Assembly (NCBI GenBank): GCA_944325815.1
Contig: CALVBV010000001.1
Span: 2,318-66,317, forward strand
DNA length: 64,000 nucleotides
Reading direction: 5' to 3'
Origin: Candidatus Gastranaerophilales bacterium
GTDB lineage: Bacteria; Cyanobacteriota; Vampirovibrionia; Gastranaerophilales; Gastranaerophilaceae
Shown here: positions 8,351 to 15,484 of the stretch, piece by piece
How the letters are laid out: each line of letters starts with the position of its first letter
Numbering within the stretch: the first letter of the stretch is position 1
Position numbers and translations under genes: made by a program
The notes under the pieces: model-generated
Seen by the model: only the letters and a program-made list of their open reading frames with translations
The model's database searches: none
Told to the model about the DNA's origin: nothing

Positions 8351-10483
8351 GTGACACAAATTAATCAAAATTTTGATAGATATAATATGATTCCGGGACA
8401 GGCGCAGCAGCCGCAGAAGCAACAGCCTGTGCGTATACCTGACTATTATTATGTTCCGGCAGACAGTTTTGAACACAAAGGATTTGTAGAGACAATAAAA
8501 GAGGCAGACCCGATGGGGGTTATAAGTCCGTTTATTGAGCACCCTTTATTAATATTACCGACCTGGCTTGCAATGGGATTTGCTCTGGATAAGTATTCGG
8601 AAGCTTGCAGCGGTCAGTATGAAAAAAGTTTAGTTGCAAAGGCGGCACGGTTTGGAGATAAGATTCAGGAGTCCAGACTGATTCAGAACAAGCCGGTTCA
8701 GGCTGTAATTACAGGCTTGGGCTCTGCTAAGAAAACTGGACATAAAATAGTAGAAAACAGCGGAATTTTAAGAGCAATGCGGGATACTCCGTCTATGCCT
8801 GAGTGGAGTATGGTTAAAAGCCAGATGTTTAACCAAAAACAAGAGGTTGTACAAGACTTTTTGAGAATTACTGATGCTTTGAAACTCGCAGATGGTAAAG
8901 CTCCGGGGCTTAAAGATATCGGATTAAACGATTTTGAGAAAAAGATGCTCAAAAAGACCTTTAATGTGAGCAGAATTTCTCAAATTCCTGAGGAAAAAGC
9001 CGTTGTTCAGGTTCTCTTAGACAGGCTCGGCAAAACTCCGGAACAGATTAATAAAATCCAGTCACTCGGGGCCGGGGCAATGGATGCTGCTAAGCAGGAA
9101 ATCCTCAAAGAAATGGGGCTTGATGCTAATAAGCTTAAATTAATTAAAGAAGACGTTTACGGCAAATATATTAATGATGTTAAACTTGCAACCGAAAAGG
9201 TTAAAGGCAGAGTTAAAATGGGCGCAGGCCACTACGGATGGATGGGGCCGTTGACTAAGCCGTTTGAACGCACAATCGGGTGTGATGAAATATTCAACAA
9301 ACTTCACAGTATGTCGGAAGGTGCAAGAACAGGCACCGGAAGATTCACTTCAAAATTAATGCAGATGATACACCGCGGAATCACATTTGGCGGGGGAAAA
9401 TTAGGTGCTCTGTTGTTCATAGCGCCTCTGCTTGTTGAAGTAGGAATGAATGTTAAAAAAGCTGATAAAGACCAGAAGGTCGGAACTCTTGCCGGCGGTT
9501 TAATAGAATCCGTTTCCTGGGTATTCACATTCCCGCTTGCATTAAAGATGATGCACTCATTAGGCGGTGTTCAGTATGCAGGAATGACAAAAGAACAGGT
9601 TGAACAGTACAGAAAAGTTCTGGAAGAATTTAATACAAAAGCTAAATCGGGCGGGTTTGCCAATAAGGCTGAGTACAGTGCTGCTAAAAAGGCTGCAAAG
9701 GCACAACTCAAAGAGTTGAGCACTGTTAAAAACCAGAATATTTTAACAAAAGGAATAAGAAAACTCGGAAGATTCTTAACTCTTGATTTGGAAACATTTA
9801 AAGGGTACAAGAGCGGTAATATTCTAATGAACAAAGTAAGACAAATCCCGAATTTCTTTAGAAATGTCGTCGGAGTCCCAATGAGGCTTGGTGTTTGGGG
9901 TGCAATTTCCATGGGCGTTCTTGGCGCAGCCTTGACTAAAACGAGCCAGTTCCTGTTTGGTAAATCCTATGATTCCATGAAACAGGAAGAAAACGAAGAC
10001 AACAAAAAGAAACAAAAAGAATTTTTGATGCAGGATTTGAACGAAAGATTATACGAAATGGCAAGAAAGAAACAAGAAGCTGCACAGCCTGCGACAGCGC
10101 AGCCTGCATTAAGTCTTGCGGAACAACAAGCAGCATCACATTCTTCAAAGGGTAAAGATGCTAACGCCATGAATCCTCAGATTATATCAGTTCCAAAAGA
10201 GACAAATGTTGATAATTATACATACATCCCCTCATCTGAAAACATCATCCCGCGACCGTTAAAATCAAACTCAATAGATAATTACACTTACATTCCGTCA
10301 TCAGAATGTACGATTAAGCCTGATAAAGGTCAAGAATCAAAGAGCCGATATATTCCGTCCCAGCGTGCTGCAAATATATCGAAAAGCTTTGACAATTCAG
10401 GACTTCAAGACGCATTAGACAGAGCCCAGAGAGCTGAGGATAATGCGCTAAGAATCCTTGCCGGAAACTTTGAAGGGATTTAA
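8351..10483 (+). CDS. Hypothetical polytopic membrane protein with a Gln-rich N-terminus and four Tyr-rich Y-x-Y-[IV]-P motifs
   Basis: Long ORF of 710 aa with about four hydrophobic helices. I recognise no family. The start is uncertain: GTG 8351 or ATG 8387. Confidence 0.6.
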   Translation: MTQINQNFDRYNMIPGQAQQPQKQQPVRIPDYYYVPADSFEHKGFVETIKEADPMGVISPFIEHPLLILPTWLAMGFALDKYSEACSGQYEKSLVAKAARFGDKIQESRLIQNKPVQAVITGLGSAKKTGHKIVENSGILRAMRDTPSMPEWSMVKSQMFNQKQEVVQDFLRITDALKLADGKAPGLKDIGLNDFEKKMLKKTFNVSRISQIPEEKAVVQVLLDRLGKTPEQINKIQSLGAGAMDAAKQEILKEMGLDANKLKLIKEDVYGKYINDVKLATEKVKGRVKMGAGHYGWMGPLTKPFERTIGCDEIFNKLHSMSEGARTGTGRFTSKLMQMIHRGITFGGGKLGALLFIAPLLVEVGMNVKKADKDQKVGTLAGGLIESVSWVFTFPLALKMMHSLGGVQYAGMTKEQVEQYRKVLEEFNTKAKSGGFANKAEYSAAKKAAKAQLKELSTVKNQNILTKGIRKLGRFLTLDLETFKGYKSGNILMNKVRQIPNFFRNVVGVPMRLGVWGAISMGVLGAALTKTSQFLFGKSYDSMKQEENEDNKKKQKEFLMQDLNERLYEMARKKQEAAQPATAQPALSLAEQQAASHSSKGKDANAMNPQIISVPKETNVDNYTYIPSSENIIPRPLKSNSIDNYTYIPSSECTIKPDKGQESKSRYIPSQRAANISKSFDNSGLQDALDRAQRAEDNALRILAGNFEGI

Positions 10484-10560
10484 GGGCTATGGTTAGTTGA
10501 ATAGTGAAAAGGTTGAAGAGTTCATTAATGAAGTGATTAAAATACTCCCTTCCCTAAATG

Positions 10561-11120
10561 TGCATTACTGTCCAAGATAATATTTAGAAGTTAAAAATAT
10601 TAACTTAATGTCTAACCCCTCCCCGAAATCAAAGATTTCGACCCTCCCACAAGGGGAGGGTAAATGTATTTGGCCGGTTGGTCTGGGCGACAAGCTTGAT
10701 GTCCTCCGGAAAGGGGAGGGTATACTAAACTCCCGCTGTGGCAGTTCCCTCGCCCCTCTGTGCACTGCTGTCCGGTAAAAAAAGAGCATAAAAAAGCAAG
10801 ACGTAGCAAATAAAAGCTATTTACCTTGTATTAAAATCGACCGGACAATAAAATGAGATGTTGGCTTGTAAGCTTTTGTCATCCTGAAAGCGTAGAAAAT
10901 CGGGGGTAATTGAATGAGAGGAATAAGTAAACTGTCATCCCGAACTTGTTTCGGGATCTTACCAGAAAACAAGTATAACGCCAAGTTGGAAAGATGCTGA
11001 ACCAAGTTCAGCATGACAAGATAATTTATCTTGGACAGTAGTGGAAACGAGTTCAGCAGGACAGTTATTGTCGGATTAATGTCTGACTTACAAATTTTAT
11101 TTTTTACCGGACAGTAGTGC
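10561..11120. repeat. MITE-like segment bounded by and containing four copies of a 12-bp terminus GCA[CT]T[AG]CTGTCC, two in each orientation
   Basis: L1 TGCATTACTGTCC lies at 10561-10573 and L2 TGCACTGCTGTCC at 10761-10773. R1 GGACAGTAGTG lies at 11033-11043 and R2 GGACAGTAGTGC at 11109-11120. Extended complementarity links L1 to R1 (CTGTCCAAGATAA / TTATCTTGGACAG) and L2 to R2 (CTGTCCGGTAAAAAA / TTTTTTACCGGACAG). The segment has no credible ORF. Confidence 0.45.
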
Positions 11121-11266
11121 TTGATGAGGGAAGGGCCGGGGATGGGTGATGAATGGGTGAGGTGTGAAGCGTGAGGCGTGAAGCGTGAAGGGTGCGTTTA
11201 TGAAGTGATCAAGTGATTAAGAATTTATAACTTCTTCTCAACTCCTAAACTTCTTAACTTATAAAC
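11121..11266 (+). repeat. Copy B of a dispersed mosaic repeat family of about 150 bp
   Basis: By hand alignment, 11185-11252 matches the reverse complement of 27729-27796 at 62 of 68 positions. 11124-11156 matches the reverse complement of 27624-27655 with 1 indel and 1 mismatch. Confidence 0.8.
11157..11191 (+). repeat. Tandem heptamer array GTGAGGT GTGAAGC GTGAGGC GTGAAGC GTGAAGG
   Basis: Five head-to-tail 7-nt units counted by hand. The homologous copy at 27609-27622 has only two units. Confidence 0.8.
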
Positions 11267-11866
11267 TTATAAAATAACTCCAAGGCCGCGAAATTCAAAA
11301 ATTTCTTTTGTATTATTTTTTAATTTCTCTTCCGCAAGCAAAACTCCTACTACAGCTTCCAATTGCGCAACAGGCATCATATTAACAGGAAGCTCGTCAA
11401 AACCAAATTCTAATTTTAATGCTGATTGCAAAAATTTACAGTCAGCCGATGAACGTTCTTTATAATTGGAATAAAGATTAAACTTCTGACGAGTGAGATA
11501 TACCTCAAACCGCGAGATATCAATACCTTGCTCTTTTAGTTTTAAAAACAAATCACACCCGCGTGTTGAAAATCTTTGCGTCCAATTGTCACGGTTTAAG
11601 AAATGATTCTCGTTTGTCTGAACCATCTGGTAAGGTTTAGACAGCACACGCCATTTACCCTCAAGCATCGTATTATCCCAGGGAAGAGAAACACAGATGA
11701 CGGAATTTTTTAAAGATGTATAATTCTCAAAGAATAACTGCACATCATTCATTGAGAACAATTTGTCTACATAAATCAGTTTTCCAGTTGCTATTTCTCT
11801 TACCGCAACACCGCTTTCGATTGCAGAACCTGCACCAAGCGATAATCCTACCGAATGTGTTATCAT
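11267..11866 (-). CDS. Hypothetical protein whose pattern resembles a DUF429/RNase H-like fold with substituted acidic residues
   Basis: 199 aa, with ATGA start/stop overlap to motB. The strand motifs VGLSLGAGS and VICVSLPWDN and the C-terminal QLEAVVGVLLAE sit where DUF429-type proteins carry GxDxG, IDAP and DALDA. The assignment rests on pattern only. Confidence 0.55.
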   Translation of the reverse strand: MITHSVGLSLGAGSAIESGVAVREIATGKLIYVDKLFSMNDVQLFFENYTSLKNSVICVSLPWDNTMLEGKWRVLSKPYQMVQTNENHFLNRDNWTQRFSTRGCDLFLKLKEQGIDISRFEVYLTRQKFNLYSNYKERSSADCKFLQSALKLEFGFDELPVNMMPVAQLEAVVGVLLAEEKLKNNTKEIFEFRGLGVIL

Positions 11867-12939
11867 AAACCAAAATCCTCATCCTCTGGGATTCTTGAAT
11901 CCAGTCTGATTACACGCCTTTCTATCTCCGGCATTATGTGGTCTTTATCATTTGATTTTTCATTATCCAGGTTTATATACAATTCCATATTTTTATCAGA
12001 AAGTTTTTCACTTTTTTGGTTTGAAATCAATCTTCTTGCGTGATTTTCCTCCAAAAGTTTTCTTGCCGCAGGCGAGATTGAATCACCTTCTATAGCTCTT
12101 ATTACTTCTGCCCGCTGCTTTTGAATCTGTTCCTGCTGAGATTTAGTAAGCTTCATTGTGTTATCGTTTCTTGTTTCAAATTCCCGTCTGTATTTATTTC
12201 TCATAATAAGAATCTCAACCCTTCTGTTTGCAGGGTCTTTCGGAGAAATTGAAGTCTCCAGAGGTCTTGTATCAGCATAGCCAATGGCACTGAAAAGTGA
12301 CGGAGAAAATTTGAAACGGTCAATAAGGTATCTGACTACTGATGATGCTCTGGCGGAAGACAATTCCCAATTAGACGGATACTGCATGCTTCTAATCGGA
12401 TCGCTGTCTGTATGTCCTTCTACGCGCATTGCGTGGAGAACAAATTTTTTGCAGATAATAACCCCGACTTTATCAAGGAGTTTTTTTGCATTTGAATCCA
12501 AATACGCAGAAGCTGAAGCGAACAGGTATTTGTCATCAAATGTCAGCAACAAACCTTTATCTGTTATCTTGGTTGTAATGCCGTCTAACTCGCCGGCTTC
12601 TGTTAAATCCTGAATAGTTTGTTCAATTTCATTAAAAGATGTTTCTTCATACTTCGGACTTATGTATTCCAGCATAAGGCTCGGTATGAAAGAATTTGCC
12701 TGCTGCTGGTCAAAAAGCGAGTCGCTTCCGTCCATTATTGATTGCTTGCCGTCAAGCAGTGTGTTCTGGCTAAACGCCTCTTTAAGAGATTCTTCCAGCT
12801 TGGCAAAATCTGTCGCATCAACCTGAGCAAGAGCATACAAAACAACGAAAGTTGCAAAAAGAAGGGTGATAAAGTCTGAGTATGAGACCAGCCACCTTTC
12901 CAGATTTTCGTGTTCGGGATGCTTCTTTTTTCTAGCCAT
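11863..12939 (-). CDS. motB: Flagellar stator protein MotB (OmpA-like peptidoglycan-binding domain) with a C-terminal extension of about 100 aa
   Basis: WLVSYSDFITLLFATFVVLYAL carries the plug/TM region with the conserved Asp. The OmpA-like domain shows VEGHTDSDPI, NWELSSARASSV, GYADTRP and NRRVEI. Confidence 0.85.
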   Translation of the reverse strand: MARKKKHPEHENLERWLVSYSDFITLLFATFVVLYALAQVDATDFAKLEESLKEAFSQNTLLDGKQSIMDGSDSLFDQQQANSFIPSLMLEYISPKYEETSFNEIEQTIQDLTEAGELDGITTKITDKGLLLTFDDKYLFASASAYLDSNAKKLLDKVGVIICKKFVLHAMRVEGHTDSDPIRSMQYPSNWELSSARASSVVRYLIDRFKFSPSLFSAIGYADTRPLETSISPKDPANRRVEILIMRNKYRREFETRNDNTMKLTKSQQEQIQKQRAEVIRAIEGDSISPAARKLLEENHARRLISNQKSEKLSDKNMELYINLDNEKSNDKDHIMPEIERRVIRLDSRIPEDEDFGL

Positions 12940-13702
12940 TTGCCTGTTCTTCCTTGTTATCTTCTAAGATAAATGAATGCAGCTTACGTTCAATTAAAAC
13001 AGGGCTTTCGCCTGCCTGAATAGAAAGAACACCTTCAAGAATCATATTTTTATACAGCATTACGTCCTGATATATAAATTTAATTCTGGTACTAATCGGA
13101 ATCATAACGAGGTTTGCGGCGAACAGACCGTATATTGTAGCAACGAATGCAACCGCAATACCCGCACCGAGTTTAGATGGATCAGAAAGGTTCTGCATAA
13201 CCTGAATCAAACCCATAACAGCACCGATAATACCCAGTGTCGGAGAATATCCGCCGAAAGACTCAAATACTTTTGCGGCGTTGTTGACATAATTTTCAAA
13301 TCGTTCAATCTGGTTCTCCATCATCTCTCTTACAAGTGTAGGGTCAGTACCGTCAGCAACCGCGCCCAGACCGAGTGTTAAAAGGGAATCTGATGCGTTA
13401 TAAGCTTCTTTTTCAAGTGAGATAATACCTTCTTTTCTGGCTTTTGTCGCAAACCCGCCGATTTCGGTAATCAAAGCATTAAAATCAACCTTTGGAGGCA
13501 TAAAGACATTTTTCAGCATTTTCACTGCAGAAAGAAGCGTCTGTGGAGGAAAGCTTAAAAGTACCGCACCTGTTGTACCGCCAAGTACGATAAATGCCGC
13601 TGTAATTTGAAGCAGCTGGCCTATATTTCCGCCTTCCATGGCTTGGCCGATAAGAATCATTGTTATACCGAAAAACAGCCCGATGACTGCAAAAATATCC
13701 AT
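12932..13702 (-). CDS. motA: Flagellar stator protein MotA
   Basis: 256 aa. GGYSPTLGIIGAVMGLI and ILEGVLSIQAGESPVLIERKL closely parallel the Bacillus MotA motifs. It overlaps motB by 8 nt. Confidence 0.85.
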   Translation of the reverse strand: MDIFAVIGLFFGITMILIGQAMEGGNIGQLLQITAAFIVLGGTTGAVLLSFPPQTLLSAVKMLKNVFMPPKVDFNALITEIGGFATKARKEGIISLEKEAYNASDSLLTLGLGAVADGTDPTLVREMMENQIERFENYVNNAAKVFESFGGYSPTLGIIGAVMGLIQVMQNLSDPSKLGAGIAVAFVATIYGLFAANLVMIPISTRIKFIYQDVMLYKNMILEGVLSIQAGESPVLIERKLHSFILEDNKEEQANG

Positions 13703-13999
13703 AATTATCTCCGATTATATACTAGTATCCTATGTATATTTAACTATAATTTTTTGCCTTTGAAATCCTTTAAATATAGGAAATATGGGGATAAGTTTAT
13801 GAAGAATGAGACAATATCACTGAAAAAAGAAAATATTGCAAAATACCGTGGCGGGAAGCGTGCAAACAGCGGGAGAAAATCTTATACACACGGAAAAGTT
13901 TTGGTAATTTTTGATTTCCGAAACATTATTTGACGCGGTAAATTTACGATTTACCACGTCCTACCGCCTACATTACAGAAAGGTTTAGAAGTTGAGTAG

Positions 14000-14045
14000 T
14001 TTAGGAGTCAGTTCCTCCCTCATAAGGGAGGAACTGACTCCTAAA
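14000..14045. repeat. Perfect 21-bp-stem hairpin TTTAGGAGTCAGTTCCTCCCT-CATA-AGGGAGGAACTGACTCCTAAA, a module of the repeat family
   Basis: Hand-indexed. The core CCTCCCT-CATA-AGGGAGG is the exact reverse complement of 27677-27694. The flank GGTTTAGAAGTTGAGTAGTTTAGGAGT recurs at 27714-27740. Confidence 0.8.
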
Positions 14046-14088
14046 CTGCTTAAATATTGATAAAAAAATGATTGAATACAAACCGCTA

Positions 14089-14118
14089 TTGTAAAAGATT
14101 TAGTTTTTATAATATAAT
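14089..14118 (+). promoter_or_regulatory. Candidate sigma70-type promoter for murC
   Basis: TTGTAA, an 18-nt spacer, then TATAAT, ending 23 nt upstream of the murC ATG. Confidence 0.3.
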
Positions 14119-14140
14119 ATTTTCAGGAATTGGAGAGGTC

Positions 14141-15484
14141 ATGAAATATCATTTTATAGCAATCGGCGGAATCGGGATGAGCGGACTTGCAAAGTATCTG
14201 CTGGAAGACGGACACGAAGTATCCGGTTCTGATATTGTTGAAAGTAAATATATAAATAAGCTTCGGGAATTAGGTGCAAAGATTTATATCGGGCACAATG
14301 CAGAAAATGTTCCTGATGGCGCCATTGTTATTAAGAGTTCCGCAATCCGGGATGACAATCCTGAACTTATCAGAGCAAAGGAATTCGGGTTAAAAATCTA
14401 TCACCGTTCAGATTTGTTGGAAGAGATTGCAAAATCCGCGCAGGATTCCGGCAAATGTTTTATCGGATTTTCCGGCACGCACGGAAAAACGACTACAAGC
14501 GGACTTGCGTCCTTTGTTCTGGAAAAAGCCGGATTAAATCCATCCTTTGTTGACGGTGGAATTATCCCTGAAATTAATACAAATGCCCAGCACAAAAACG
14601 GAAAGCACTTCATTGCAGAGCTTGATGAAAGCGACGGAACTATTACGAAGTATTCTCCTGATATTCTCGTGATAAACAACCTGGAAGAAGACCATCTTGA
14701 TTATTACAAAAACGGAATTATTGATTTGGTCAAAACGTTTGATAAGGCCGTTTCTCAGGCTAAAAAAGTCCTTGTTAACAATAATGATGAAGGTATTAGA
14801 TTTTTAACAGGGAATTTTATAACTTTCGGGCTTCATGCGGCTGATTATATGGCTAAAAATGTACAATATTCAACTGATTGTACAAGTTTTGATGTATATC
14901 ACAAAGAGCAATTGCTCGCAAATATCAAGATTCAACTTGCGGGTGTCCATAATGTTTATAATGCTCTAGCTGTAGCAGCAGCATTGAATGAAGGCGGAGT
15001 TGATATTAAAAAGACGGCGGAATATTTCCGGGAATTTACCGGTATGGGACGTAGATTCCAGAAGGTTTATGAATTTGGCGGTATACAAGTATATGATGAT
15101 TATGCGCACCACCCGACGGAAATTAAAGCGACGCTTGAAGCAGCAGCTTCAAAATTCGGAAAAGAAAATGTTGTCGCAGTCTTTCAGCCGCATAGATATA
15201 CAAGATTTAAATCCTTGTGGAACGATTTTAAAAATGCATTAAAGGATGCCGGAAGAGTTGTGGTAACAGATGTGTACGCGGCATCTGAAGACAAAATACA
15301 AGGTGTTGAGAGCAGTATCTTTGCAAAAGAGGCCGATTATGAATATTTATCAGGAGGAATTGAAGAGGTCGCAGAGAAGCTTTTGCCGACGCTAAAAGAC
15401 GGAAATGTTGTAATAGGTCTCGGTGCAGGAACGATAACTGCACTGGGCAAGAATTTAGAGAAAGCAGGTTGCGTTGCTGGTTAA
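14141..15484 (+). CDS. murC: UDP-N-acetylmuramate--L-alanine ligase
   Basis: HFIAIGGIGMSGLA, GTHGKTTT and DDYAHHPTEI are present. The start is moved to ATG 14141, which follows GGAGAGG. Confidence 0.9.
   Translation: MKYHFIAIGGIGMSGLAKYLLEDGHEVSGSDIVESKYINKLRELGAKIYIGHNAENVPDGAIVIKSSAIRDDNPELIRAKEFGLKIYHRSDLLEEIAKSAQDSGKCFIGFSGTHGKTTTSGLASFVLEKAGLNPSFVDGGIIPEINTNAQHKNGKHFIAELDESDGTITKYSPDILVINNLEEDHLDYYKNGIIDLVKTFDKAVSQAKKVLVNNNDEGIRFLTGNFITFGLHAADYMAKNVQYSTDCTSFDVYHKEQLLANIKIQLAGVHNVYNALAVAAALNEGGVDIKKTAEYFREFTGMGRRFQKVYEFGGIQVYDDYAHHPTEIKATLEAAASKFGKENVVAVFQPHRYTRFKSLWNDFKNALKDAGRVVVTDVYAASEDKIQGVESSIFAKEADYEYLSGGIEEVAEKLLPTLKDGNVVIGLGAGTITALGKNLEKAGCVAG

Noticed and set aside
8287-8364. 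25-aa ORF MSNFSSKSDFINIVRFIKVYYCDTN just downstream of the radical SAM gene, as a RiPP precursor
   Set aside because: There is no Shine-Dalgarno sequence. It overlaps the start of the 710-aa gene, and ORFs this short are expected by chance in AT-rich DNA. It cannot be supported without conservation data.
10565-11014. Three track ORFs (10565-10789, 10612-10809, 10817-11014, minus strand) inside the long intergenic gap
   Set aside because: They translate hairpin and repeat DNA (for example PSPCGRV from CCCTCCC..GGGAGGG and MLNLVQHL from TGCTGAAC..GTTCAGCA). They overlap one another and lack ribosome-binding sites.
11157-11191. Heptamer and 8-mer tandem repeats as a CRISPR array
   Set aside because: The units are 7-8 nt and contiguous with no spacers. 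No cas genes are present.
11863-13702. MotA/MotB pair as a Zorya-type (ZorA/ZorB) anti-phage system
   Set aside because: ZorA proteins carry a very long C-terminal tail and are several hundred aa longer. This MotA is 256 aa and matches flagellar MotA motifs closely. No ZorC/D/E-like helicase or HNH gene is adjacent. The third gene is kept only as an open question.
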